DNA from: Pristiophorus japonicus
Taxonomy: Eukaryota
DNA: 64,000 nucleotides
Assembly: GCF_044704955.1 (NCBI RefSeq)
Contig: NC_092003.1
Coordinates: forward strand, 5,952,001-6,016,000
Direction of reading: 5' to 3'
Shown: one piece after another, positions 49,371 to 61,237 of the stretch
How the letters are laid out: each line of letters starts with the position of its first letter
How positions within the stretch are numbered: position 1 is the stretch's first letter
Made by a program: the position numbers and the translations under genes
Notes under the pieces: generated by a model
Told to the model about the DNA's origin: nothing
The model's input: only the letters and a program-made list of their open reading frames with translations
Database searches by the model: none

Positions 49371-49490
49371 AGCGACAAGAGGTACCAAAAGTCTTCCTTT
49401 ACACCACCGAGGGAAGAGAACAATTTAGCAGCGACAAGAGGTACCAAAAGTCTTCCTTTACACCACCGAGGGAAGAGAACAATTTAGCAG
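49371..49490. repeat. Perfect 59-bp tandem duplication
   Basis: AGCGACAAGAGGTACC...GAACAATTTAGC occurs twice. Confidence 0.9.
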
Positions 49491-49846
49491 ACTATGGGCT
49501 AAGAACGTAGCCCAAGTACTACACAGCAGCTTAACTCAGACCGACTATTTCCACCTCCGTAACATCACCCGTCTCTGCCATTGCCTCAGATCATCTGCTG
49601 CTGAAACCATCATCCATGCCTTTGTTACCTCTAGACTTGACTAATCCAACGTACTCCTGGCTGGCCTCCCATTCTACCCAACGTAAATAAGATGTGATCC
49701 AAAACTCGGCTACCCGTGTCCCGCTCACCCATCACCCCCTGTGCTCGCTGACCTACATTGGTTTCCAGTTAAACAACGCCTCGATTTCAAAATTCTCATC
49801 CTTGTTTTCAAATCCCTCCACGGCCTCATCCCTCCCTATCTCTCCC

Positions 49847-50745
49847 TGTACTGCAGCACTTTGCAATTTTTCTCCATTTAAATTATAATTTACTTTTCTA
49901 TTTTTTCTGCCAATGTGGCTAACTTCACATTTCCCCCCCATTACACTCCATCTGCCAAATTTTTGCCCACTTACTTAACCTGTCTATATCCCTTTGCAGA
50001 TTTCTTGTGTCCTTCTCACAATTTGCTTTCCCACCCATCTTTGTACCATCAGCAAACTTGGCCAGATACATTTAGTCCCTTCATCCAAATCATTAATATA
50101 GATTGTAAATAGTTGAGGCCCCAGCACCAATCCCTGTGGCACCTCACTAGTTATTGTTTGCCAACCGGAAAATGACCCATTTATCCCGATTCTCTGTTTT
50201 CTGTTAGTTAGTCAATCCTCTATCCATACTAATATATTACCCCTAACCCTGTGATCTTTTATCTTGTGCAATAACATTTTATGTGGCACCTTATCAAATG
50301 TCTTCTGGAAATCCAAATACACCACATCCACTGGTTCCCCTTTATCCACCTTGCTCGTTACATCCTCAAAAAACTCCAGCAAATTTGTCAAACATGATTT
50401 CCCTTTCATAAAACCATGTTGACTCTGCTTGATTGAATTATGCTTTTCCAAATGTCCTGCTACTGTTTCCTAAATAATGGACTCCAACATTTTCCCAATG
50501 ACAGATGTTAGGCTAACTGGTCTATAGTTTCATGCTTTCTGTATGCCTCCTTTTTTAAATAGGGGCGTTACATTTGCGGTTTTCCAATCAGCTGGGGCCT
50601 CCCCAGAATCAAGGGAATTTTGGTAGATTACAACCAATGAATCCACTATCTCTGCAGTCACTTATTTTAATACTGTACCCTAAGATGCAAGCCATCAGGT
50701 CCAGGGGACTTGTCCGCCTTCAGTCCGATTATTTTACCGCATGCT
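49847..50745 (-). mobile_element. CR1 RT fragment adjoining L2 fragments
   Basis: ORF 50212-50451 QHGFMKGKSCLTNL; L2 pieces at 49555-49845 (+) and 50755-50935 (-). Confidence 0.85.
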
Positions 50746-51213
50746 ACTTCTTTAGTGATAGTGATTGTATTAAGTGTGAGTTAGGACATGGGCAGCCGAG
50801 TTTTGGATGACCTCAAGTTTAAGTAGGGTAAAATGTGTGAGGTCGGCCAGGAGTGCATTGGAATAGTCAAATCTAGAGGTAACAAAGGTATGGATGAGGA
50901 TTTCAAGAGCAGATGAGATGAGGCAAGGGCAGAGATGGGGCCATCAACACTGGGGCCAAGCACTTGCCTGGATGAGTGCAGCTCCAACAACACTCAAGAA
51001 GCTCGACACTATTCAGGACAAAGCAGCCCGCTTGAACGGCACCCTACCCACCACCTTCAACATTCACTCCCTCCAACACGGGCGCACTGTGGCTGCAGAG
51101 GTGTACCATCTACAGGATGCACTGCAGCAACTCGCCAAGGCTTCTATGGCAGCACCTCCACCAAACCCGCAGGGGAATGGGAACACCATAACCTCCAAGT
51201 CACACGCCATCCT

Positions 51214-51740
51214 GATTGAGGGATAAATATTTGCCAGGACACTGGGGTAACACTCCTGCTCTTCTTCGAAATGGTGCCATGGGATCTTTTACGTCTACCC
51301 GACAGTGCGGTGTCCCTCAGTACCGCCCCTGCGACAGTGAGGCGCTCCCTCAGCACTGCACCACCGACAGTGCAGCGCTCCCTCAGTACTGTCCCTCGGA
51401 TAGTGCGGGGCTCCCTCAATGCTGCCCCTCCGACAGTGCGGCGCTCGCTCAGTACTGTCCCTCGGATAGTGCGGGGCTCCCTCAATGCTGCCCCTCCGAC
51501 AGCGCAGTACAGCACTGCCCCTCCGACAGCACAGTACGGCGCTCCCTCAGTACTGTCCCTCCGACAGCACAGTACGGTGCACCTTCAGTACCGCCCCTCC
51601 GACAGCGCAGTACGGCACTCCCTCAGCACTGTACTGGGAGCGTCAGCTTAGATTTTTTTTTGTGCTCAAGTTCCTGGAGTGGGACTTGAACCCACGACCT
51701 TCTGACTCAGAGGCGGGAGTGCTGCCCACTGAGCCACGGG
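51214..51740 (-). mobile_element. DeuSINE with variant minisatellite, within a LINE fragment
   Basis: 33-38-bp repeat variants at 51299-51632; SINE head at the right end. Confidence 0.8.
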
Positions 51741-52049
51741 TCGACTCCCTCCTGAACAGCACTGTAACCACACGGACTGCAGCGGTTCACGATGGCGGCT
51801 CACCACCAACCACCACCACCTTCTCAAGGGGCGATCAGGGACGGCCAATAAATGCTGGCCTTGCCAGCGACGCCCACATGCCGGGAATTAATCAATAAAA
51901 AAGCAGGGATGAGTCATCAAATATGGCCTTTCCCACCGTCACCCACATCCTGAGAATATAAAGGGTTACTATCACATGTGCTGGACAACAAATCTCACGT
52001 TATTTTGCGAACTTTGATGCTGGCCAGCACAAACCTTCTCGCCTTCTCC

Positions 52050-52475
52050 ATCCAGCGCACTGCAAACACCGGGCAGGGGAGGGGGGAGAAAGGCGAGGCC
52101 GCGCCTGCGCGCTGCGGATACTGAGGCGTGTGGGGAGGGGGAAAAAGTACAGCCAGCGCCTGCGCATAAGAGATTCTGAGGAAAGGGAGCGGGAAAAGGA
52201 GAACCAGCGCCTGCGCGGTACGGATTCTGGGGCGTGGGGGAAGAGAGGCGGCGCATGCACGGGAGGCCGCCTGCAGGCGCGGCGCAGGCGCACTGGGCGC
52301 TTTTTTTGGGCGGCAAGCCCGAGCGCGCGAATGGCGGTTTATTTTCAAAGAGAGAGAGTCCGTTGGACCGCGTGCGGGATCCGGGGACTCGGTCGGAGAG
52401 AAGCGGCTCGGGGAGAAAAGTCACACACACACACACACATATACAAACAACACAGGGGCTGATCTAAAGTACATA
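52050..52475 (+). promoter_or_regulatory. CpG-island promoter and 5' UTR of TOP6BL
   Basis: CpG-rich; NRF1-type GCGCCTGCGC at 52101, 52156 and 52207, rc at 52282; CHR-like TTCAAA 52344-52349; MYB-type CCGTTG 52360-52365. Confidence 0.7.
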
Positions 52476-52496
52476 ATGGAGGCAGCGGTCCGTCAG
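52476..52496 (+). CDS. TOP6BL: TOP6BL coding exon 1 (MEAAVRQ)
   Basis: ATG in good context (ATAATGG), donor CAG|GTAATG, phase 0 compatible with the next exon. Confidence 0.75.
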
Positions 52497-52577
52497 GTAA
52501 TGGCATCAGAGGGCGTGCTCGTCCATCAGATGAGGAGAAGCGCAGAAAGAAACTTGCATCTTTCCAAACTGGCTGGA

Positions 52578-53470
52578 AACATGAAATGTTTTTTTTCCCC
52601 CCCCTCTCTCCAAAATGCAAAACAAAAGTAAAGCCGTGCCAAGTGCATAGGTTTAATGCAAAATTACCTTTGCATATAGTCCTCCCCCAAACCCATGGGC
52701 TAGAAGCTCCACTTTTTTTTGCCCGCTTGACGCCCATTTAACCGTGTATAACGCCCAGATATTGCCCATTTTGGCACAAAATGGTAGCTTGACGGGCTTT
52801 TTTTAGGAGACTTTATCGTCGAGCATTACTTACCCCACGCAGAGAAAAAATCTTACCGCCCGCCGGCTTTTCTTGGACGGAATCAGCAGAATGGGCGATT
52901 TCAATGCCCATATTATCGCCCAGCGTTACTCACAGACTTAACGCCGAGATTCAATAATGACGCCCGCCGACTCTTTTCCGTCGTAAAGAGCATATTTACC
53001 CAAACTAGCGGCCAACATGAAAGGGTTTCCTCCTCCGCCCCCCCCCCCGTCTCCAAAATGCAAAACAAAAGTAAAGCCGTGCCAAGTGCATAGGTTTAAT
53101 GCAAAATTACCTTTGCATATAGTCCTCCCCCAAACCCATGGGCTAGAAGCGGCACTTTTTTTAACGCCCATTTAACCGTTGAAATGACGTATAACGCCTA
53201 GATATCGCCCATTTTGACACAAAATGCAAACTGACGGGCTTTTTTAGGAGACTTATCGCCGAGCGTTACTTTCCACATGTGCTTAACGCCGAGAAAAGAT
53301 ATTACCGCCACCCACTTTTTGGGGGCGGAATCAGCAGAGTGGGCGATTTCAACGCCCATATTATCGCCCAGCGTTACTTTCCTCACAGACTTAAAGCCGA
53401 GATTCAATAATAACGCCCGGCGGCTGTTTTTTGCCGTAAAGAGCATATTTACCCAAACTACCGGCCATGG
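52578..53470. repeat. About 440-bp tandem duplication spanning the Harbinger left junction
   Basis: About 100 bp of flank (CTCCAAAATGC...CATGGGCTAGAAGC) plus about 310 bp of element end, present twice. Confidence 0.85.
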
Positions 53471-56400
53471 AGATCGCCCACCGTCAATTTCACCACCTCG
53501 CACACATATTACCCAGAGTATCGCCCGCTCAAAAAACCGCCCACAAAAACTGGAACTAACCGGGACGGACGCCAGCGGTGTGGCTGGCATTTGTTAAATC
53601 CCACTCTTACGTGAAGAGCTGATATCGGAAAGATTTGCCTGAAAGAGCGCTGATGTGAGTGACAATGCTGACACACTGCCGTGTGTGTGCAGCTCAGACA
53701 TCAATGGTGCCCATCACCTTGGTGCCAATTAAAGTTGACGTTGATTGATGTTAAGTTGTATTTAACCCTTTCACAGTAAGGAATCACCAGTGTGTAACGG
53801 TCCAGGTATCTGAGACAATGCGCAACAAGTTTATGTTCAATATCAAAAGTTTAATACCAACATTGGTCTGAAATCATAAGTACCACAGCCAATAACACCC
53901 AACCCCCGCCCACATCCCACTTTTTCCACCATTGACATAAATCACATGGTCAACATGTCCAGCAACATAGAATACAAAGGCAAAGCAGGAGCGTGGTCCC
54001 CAGCCCCCATACATTGCAACAAATTACATGCACCCAGATAGAGATATAACACAGCCATCACCTGCACACATGCATCTCACTTTCCTTCCACCCTCTCTTT
54101 CTTCTCCCCATCTCTATCCCTTCTCCCCTCCTCGCTCCACGGCGCCTGGCTTGAGGAGCTCCTCAGGCGGTGTCTCATTGGGGGGGATGAAGGCTGATGC
54201 GTTGGTTGAACGGGTACGGGAGCGGGGGATGCCGAGGGGGCAACATTCTCTGATGCAGAAGCAGCATCTTGGTCCTTGCTCACATCTGTCGTTCGCAGTG
54301 GTGGTGCGGAACCTAGGGGTGGAGTGCCGCACTCTGGGACCACTGGGAGGGCTGTGGCATCCAGGAACTCCGCCATGCGCAGAATGTACTCGGACATGGT
54401 GGGCAGGTGTCAGGATATGCCCCCCAAAGCTTCGATGAGCTGGTCACCAATGTCTACAGTCCTCCTGGACAATTGTACCATCTCTCCGCTGTCATGTCGC
54501 GCTCGTGGAACAGACCTGCCGCGTCCACGAGGCCTCCGCGGGGTCAGCGCCATCCTGGGGACAAATGGGGTGCCCTGTGGAGAGGTGCTTGGAGCTGGCA
54601 CCTCCAGAGTGGAGGCGGGAATGACCGGAGGACCAATAGATGGCCTTGGGGCAGAATGGGTTCTGGAGCCTGGCGATGCAGGTTCTTCGAAGTCCGCGCT
54701 CTCATCCATCGAGAACAGACCCAGCGGATTGACGGGTGACAATCGGAGCTCCTCAGCACCAGATGTAGTAGAATCGTCCGCCGACTCCTGCCCCGCGCCC
54801 CCACCTTGTGGCCTCTGTGGCCTTGCCTGGAGCCGTGCTGTTGGCTGAGCTGCAAGACACAAATGAGGTTGTTAGAGGAGAAGGGGGTGCTAGGGTGACA
54901 ATGTGAGTCCAGCGCTACACACAGCATATGCACGATAAAAGCACCACCATTCTCAAAATCATCGCAGACATTACATTTCATGAACTTCAACACATTGTGG
55001 ATTGCAATGATTCTCATTAGGCCAGCATTATTTCTATGACACTTTTATTAATCATCTATCATATATGATTGGTCGGATATGAGTTGGTGTGGCATCTATT
55101 GACTTTACATCACGCAATGTTGTAAGCTTTATTCACGTGACATCACTTCAGGGTCTGCAGATGAGTCCGCGGCTTCCCCACGAGTGCTAGCACTCACTCC
55201 TCCATGTCAGTGATGTCGCTGGGGACTGGTGGCCCCCCCACCCGTTCGCTTCTGCATGGACCTTATTGTTGATAGCTTCTGCTGTAAAAGGTGACAGGAC
55301 AACATGACATGAGATCATTGCATGATATCATTGCTAGGTACTGTCACAGACACTGATACAACACGTAACTGACAGATGTAATCATAATTATTATGATTCC
55401 TCCACGGGCATGGGCAGCGTGGAGGCTCCGACCTGCCAGGGAACATCAGCGGCAGGTCGGGGCCATAAAAGGAGCGGTGAGCGGTAGCCATGGGCAGCGT
55501 GGAGGCATGCCATTGCTAGGTGCAGGAGGGCGACGGCTGTGAAGAGTGACGTCATCAAGATCCAGGTCGGTGATTGGAGCGTGGGCAGATACAGCAGGAG
55601 CGGCGAGGTAGGGGTGAAGGAGCGGTGAGAGACTGTGGAGGGACGTGATCAGGGCCCAGGAGAGGCGTGAGTTCGGGGCCCAGGGGCAGCACGGGCCAGC
55701 CCACACTGCGATGCGTGTGTGCACTAGATCCATGCAGCAGAGCTGGTCTCCAATTGTCTTGGATAATCCTTGCCACTGGACCAAGACCTAGCTTTGTCAA
55801 GCCCGTGTGGTCGCTGGTGTGCAACGGCCACCCCACGTTAAAAAAATGCACGCACAGGCATCTTCCACCCTTCAGGATATAGTTCGTGTCCTTCATTGAA
55901 AAACCTGTGAACTTTGGCATGGAAGCAAGTCGTCCTCGTTTCGAGAGACCACCTATGATGATGATATTATGATTATTATCATTCTTTACCTAAAGACGTA
56001 CACCGTAACCACAGGCTTTGAGTAAAACATTCCCGGTAAAAGTGCAAGACCTCACATCTGCTGATAGTCATTCATGACTGTTACAAATCAAATTATATAC
56101 ATGTAAATCAATGTAATACTTACTCTTGCAGATCCCACAAGGTCGTTCCATTGTTTGCGGCATTGGTTGCCCTCACGCACCTCGTTGGTCGCCGACGAGA
56201 CCACCTCTGCTATCTCGGTCCATATCCTCTGGTAAGCCTTTGGGGTGGGCTTCCCACGCCCTCTGTGTCAAATCACCCCAGCGTGACTCGACTTCCTGCA
56301 AGAGGGAGGCATTTGCCTCATCCGAGAACCTCCTGGCTCTTTTGCGGCCTCCAATGTGCTACTCTCCCACCTCACTGCTCTCTCCAGCGTCAGTCTCCAC

Positions 56401-56865
56401 AGCGTGCTGTGATGCCTCCTCCTCTCCCTCCATTATAGGGCAAATTCGGTCAAATATGTAGCTGCTAACAGCTACTTTTTGTTTGCCTACTTGCTGTAAA
56501 GCTGTAAAGTCTCCCTCCTTCCTCCCAAAGTAGCCACACCCAGCCTGCCTTCAGTCTCTCTGAGCTCCCTCTCTCTCTGTCTCCTCTTCTGCGCATGTCA
56601 TGGTGACCCTTGACCTCCTGAATCACAGGAATCGAGCGTTGCCATGCCGTTGCTAAGGACAGCCACACTTTACGGCAGAAGGTCAGAAAAATTTTACGCT
56701 AACGCCCATTTGATATCGCTCACGGTAACGCCTATTTTCAAAAATGTAAACTAGGTGTTTTGAGAATGGACAAGAAGCCAGCGATCTGAAAACCTTTTTT
56801 TAGCGCCCACGCCGGATATAACGCCCATTTTTGGATGATAAACTCAAAAGTGGAAGTTCTAGCCC
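53140..56865. mobile_element. PIF/Harbinger DNA transposon, internally deleted
   Basis: TIR GGGCTAGAA..CACTTTT at both ends, 3-bp TSD CAT, subterminal (A/T)CGCCC arrays, transposase-like C-terminal remnant LREELISERFA* (53607-53642, +), convergent Myb/SANT gene (-). Confidence 0.82.
54077..56433 (-). pseudogene. Harbinger Myb/SANT-like DNA-binding protein gene, spliced, decayed
   Basis: Exon 56124-56433 RKRARRFSD..W..IWTEIAEVVSS..CRKQWNDL (stop + frameshift); exon about 55136-55281 QKRTGGGP..EE*VLALVG. Confidence 0.8.
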
Positions 56866-58356
56866 CATGTCTTTAAATTCCCAGCCTGCTTTTTTGAGTG
56901 GCCACCTTAGTTTTTTGAGCCATCATCATAGGCAGTCCCTCAGATCGAGGATGACTTGCTTCCAGGCCAAAAAGGGATGAGTTCACGGGTGTTTCAATGA
57001 AGGACCCGATATTCCAGGTCCCAAACCGTATGTTCAAGGGTGGAATATGCCTGTGCGTGAATTTTTTTAACTTGTGGTGGCAGTTGCACACCAGCCACTA
57101 CACGGGTTTGACATAGCTAGGTCTAGGTCCAGTGGCAAGGGTTAACCAAGACGACTGGAGACCTGCTCTGCTGCACAAACCTAGTGCACATACATGTCGC
57201 AGTGTGGGCTGGGCCATGCTGCCCCTGGATATGTTATCAATATGAGGCATATGGCAAACTCAACAGGATATGTTATCAATATTGAGGCATATAAAACACT
57301 TGCATTTAGATAACACCTTTCATGACCACCAGACGTCTCAAAGCGCTTTACAGCCAATGAAATACTTTTGAACTGTAGTCAATGTTGTAATGTGGGAAAC
57401 ACGGCAACCAATTTGCGCACAAGCTCCCACACACAGCAATGTGATAATGACCAGATAATCTGTTTTTGTTATGTTGGTTGAGGGATAAATATTGGCCCCA
57501 GGACACCAGGGAGAACTCCCCTACTCTTCTTCCAATAGTGGCCATGGAATCTTTTAAGTCCACCTGAGAGAGCAAACGGGGCCTCGGTTTAACATCTCAG
57601 CCGAAAGACAGCACCTCCAACAATGCAACACTCCTTTGGTACTGCACTGGGAGTGTCAGCCAGGATTTTGTGCTTGGGTCTCTGGAGTGGGACTTGAACC
57701 CACAACCTACTGACTCAGGCGAGAGAGTGCTACCAACTGAGCCTAGCCATGCCAACCAGAAAGAGCCCACGTTTTTATCCCCTCAGCTGAGCACAGCCGA
57801 GAGCGCAGTAAGCGTGCAATAATTGGACTGTGTTTCCCTAGATGACGAGAGGGAAAACTAGCCAGGGATCCTGCTCATGATCACTGACTACAATTCTATA
57901 GAGGTTGTATGAGGACAGAATTGGGCCTGGTTGTATGCCCATCGTGCAGAATAGCCTGGCACTGCTTGTTGATAGATTCACACATGAAGAATAATCACTT
58001 AGCGGAAGTACCAAAGGACAACCACTGCCTGTGGAGTTGTAAGAAGTCAAACGACTGACCCAGATGCAAGAGTACTACCAACTGAGCCAAGCTGACCTCT
58101 TAAAAAACAATTTTGTTTCTCAATTGTTGTATGATGCTATCAGCACTAGGTTAAAGAGAAGGGGAAATTTTGCTTATGATATTACAAGGCAAGGTTATCT
58201 TCCCCATCTAAAGTGTCATGTTTCTTTTTAAAACTGCATTGCTTGGATAAGCCTAGATAGGAATCAAAGTACATGCATCAAATATAACATATTCGGCACA
58301 AGGCAGTCTTTAATGTTAGTCAGCACTCAGTTGGACACAGTATGTTTTGTTTCCAG

Positions 58357-58504
58357 ATTGTAGAATACCTCATTATACATATAAAAAATGACAACAGAAA
58401 ATTTAGAAGATCAACTGAGCTGGAAGGAGATCTGTATGTACTGGTTAATGGAGAAAACGGCACCTTACGCTTACACAGGGAATGTCTCTTCTGTATTGTA
58501 ACAG
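58357..58504 (+). CDS. TOP6BL: TOP6BL coding exon 2
   Basis: ttccag|IVEYLIIHIKND..LEGDL..LFCIVT|gtaggc; resembles recalled human LIIHWKCD..LEGQL..LHCVTT; 148 nt, ends in phase 1. Confidence 0.85.
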
Positions 58505-58642
58505 GTAGGCGCACAGTAACCTAAACAGGTACGCAAATTTAATAGCACCCAAAGTGAAATGTAACATTTAATCCCATATGTGTTATATATCGATTTGTTT
58601 TTTGTCACAATGTTAATTTTCTAATGATTCCAATTTGACTAG

Positions 58643-58696
58643 TTGCAGCTACCGGACACTGGATCACCAACAATCAAACAGCTAATTTTTACAAAG
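58643..58696 (+). CDS. TOP6BL: TOP6BL coding exon 3 (VAATGHWITNNQTANFYK)
   Basis: ctag|54 nt|gtaagc, phase 1-1; position corresponds to human IASAG..KKFLK. Confidence 0.78.
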
Positions 58697-58701
58697 GTAA
58701 G

Positions 58702-58975
58702 CATAATGTATTTGCTTCATGGGATCTTTGCTTAAGAATTCATAACAACACATTGCTATTAAGAACTAATTGGTTTATTAACAAAGGTTTAACAATCACA
58801 CGACACATTACCAATTCATCCACCAGGCTCACAACTGCATACCTCATCGTGTATGACCTAGACTCAACTGACTGGGGTTTTATTGAGTTTTGTGAACATC
58901 ACGTGGCTGGTGAAGCCACTCACAATGCAACAGCTCTACAAATCTGTGAGCATACTCACAGGTGCATACATTACA
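58702..58975 (-). mobile_element. Solo LTR (uninterrupted TGTAAT-family copy)
   Basis: Inverted termini (C/T)(A/G)TAATGTAT..ATACATTACA; 5-bp TSD GTAAG (58697-58701 and 58976-58980). Confidence 0.8.
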
Positions 58976-59271
58976 GTAAGGACTTTAAACAATAAATCTT
59001 ATTTCATTCTAAACTGGTTCATATCCATTGCTGTCCACTTTATTTTTAAATATGAATATGCAAAAGCTCAGTGATTGGGCAGATCAGGCCCCAGGAACAT
59101 AGGAACAGGAGGAAGCCATTGACCCCTCACGCCTGCTCCGCCCTTCAGTGAGATCATGGCTAATCTACGACCTAACTCCATAGACCCGCCTTTGGCCCAT
59201 ATCCGGGTTTCTGCCAGTAGGAATGCAAAAACTGACCCAAGGTGACTGGTCCTCCAACTTCTGCAAAAGGA

Positions 59272-60128
59272 CATAGACAGGCTAAGTGAGTGGGCAAAAA
59301 TTTGGCAGTTGGAGTATTATGTTGGAAAGTGTGAGGTCATGCACTCTGGCAGAAAAAAATCAAAGAGCAAGTTATTATTTAAATGGAGAAAGATTGCAAA
59401 GTGTTGCAGTACAGCGGGACCTGGGGGTGCTTGTGCTTGAAACACAAAAGGATAATATGCAGGTACAGCAAGTGATCAGGAAGGCCAATGGTATCTTGGC
59501 CTTTATTGCGAAGGGGATGGAGTATAAAAGCAGGGAAGTCTTGCTACAGCTATACAAGATATTGGTGAGGCCACACCTGGAATACTGCATGCAATTTTGG
59601 TTTCCATAGTTACGAAAGGATATACTTGCTTTGGAGGCAGTTCAGAGAAGATTCACTCGGTTGATTCCGGGAATGAGGGGGTTGACTTATGAGGAAAGGT
59701 TGAGTAGGTTGGGCCTCTACTCATTGGAATTCAGAAGAATGGGAGGTGATCTTATCGAGGCGTATAAGATTATGAGGGGGCTTGACAAGGTGGAGAGAGG
59801 ATGTTTCCACTGATAGGGGAGACTAGAACTAGAGGGCATGATCTTAGAATAAGGGGCCGCCCATTTAAAACAAAGATGAGAAGAAATTTCTTCTCTCAGA
59901 GGGTTGTAAATCTGTGGAATTTACTGCCTCAGAGAGCTGTGGAAGCTGGGACATCGAATAAATTTAAGACAGAAATGGACAGTTTCTTAACCGATAAGGG
60001 GATAAAGGGTTATGGGGAGTGGGCAGGGAAGTGGAACTGAGTCCATGATCAGATCAGCCATGATCTTATTGAATGGCGGAGCAGGCTTGAAGGGCCATAT
60101 GGCCTGCTCCTGTTCCTATTTCTTATGT
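59272..60128 (+). mobile_element. CR1 3' portion
   Basis: ORFs 59286-60040 encode the RT C-terminus; CR1 tail. Confidence 0.9.
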
Positions 60129-61127
60129 TTTCTCCTCTTCATGGAGTAAGATTTTGCTCTTTGCAACAGATATAGTAGAATTGTCAATATAAACAGGCTT
60201 GCAATTTTCTTACACCTTGTACACAGAGAAAATCCTCCCACTCCACTCTCCCCTCCCCACCTCCAATGGGAAAGGAGCTGGCCTTTGCACAGTGCTTCCC
60301 AGAAACAGGACAGAATAGATTACTAATTCTTCATGGGGCGTGGGAGGGGGAGCCTTCCTCTGGTCACTGTTGTTGAATCAGAATGGCAATATTTCCTCTC
60401 ATTGCTATTTTTACGAAATGACATTATTGGAACACATTTACAATTTTGAAAGAAATAAAGAAAGACTTGGATTTATATAGCGCCTTTCACGACCACTAGA
60501 TGTCTCAAAGTGCTTTGAAGGAACTTTTTTGGAGTGTAGTCACTGTTGTAATGTGGGAACCATGGCAGCCAAAATGCGCACAACAAGCTCCCACAAACAG
60601 CAATGTGATAATGACCAGATAATCTGTTTTTGTTATGTTGATTGAGGGTTAAATAATGGCCCCAGGACATCGGGGAGAACTCCCCCTGCTCTTCTTGAAA
60701 ATAGTGCTATGGGATCTTTTACGTCCACCCGAAAGAGCAGACGGGGCATCGGTTTAACGTTTCATCCTAAAGCCGGCACCTCTGACAGTGCAGCGCTCCC
60801 TCAGCACCGCACTGGGAGTGTCAGCCTAGATTTATGTGATCAAGTTCCTGGAGTGGGACTTGAACCCATAACCTTCTGACTCAGAGGCGAGTATGCTACC
60901 CACGGAGCCACAGCTGACAATTTTGCTAAAAATAGTACATTACGTGGAAATACCAAAGGAAATCTGGGGAGCAAAGTAACATCGCACTGTGCTGTGTGCA
61001 ATGCATTTCCTCTGTATTTGATTCAAAGTGAAAACCCCTCCAGATCCTAAAACTGTTAGACCTCACAAAATAAGATGACTTCAAATGTATGTATGTTTGT
61101 TCCAGTAACTTCGATCTCTTTTTTCAG

Positions 61128-61237
61128 TAATAGAAAAGCTGTTACACCAGCTAACCCTAAGTGTGGTACAACCAGACACAGAAAATGATGATTTCAATGA
61201 GAAGTTCATCTCTTCAGAACTCAGGCTGACATTTGAG
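61128..61237 (+). CDS. TOP6BL: TOP6BL coding exon 4 (VIEKLLHQ...LRLTFE)
   Basis: ttttcag|110 nt|gtacaa, phase 1-0; its end aligns with human FQMIFE. Confidence 0.78.
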
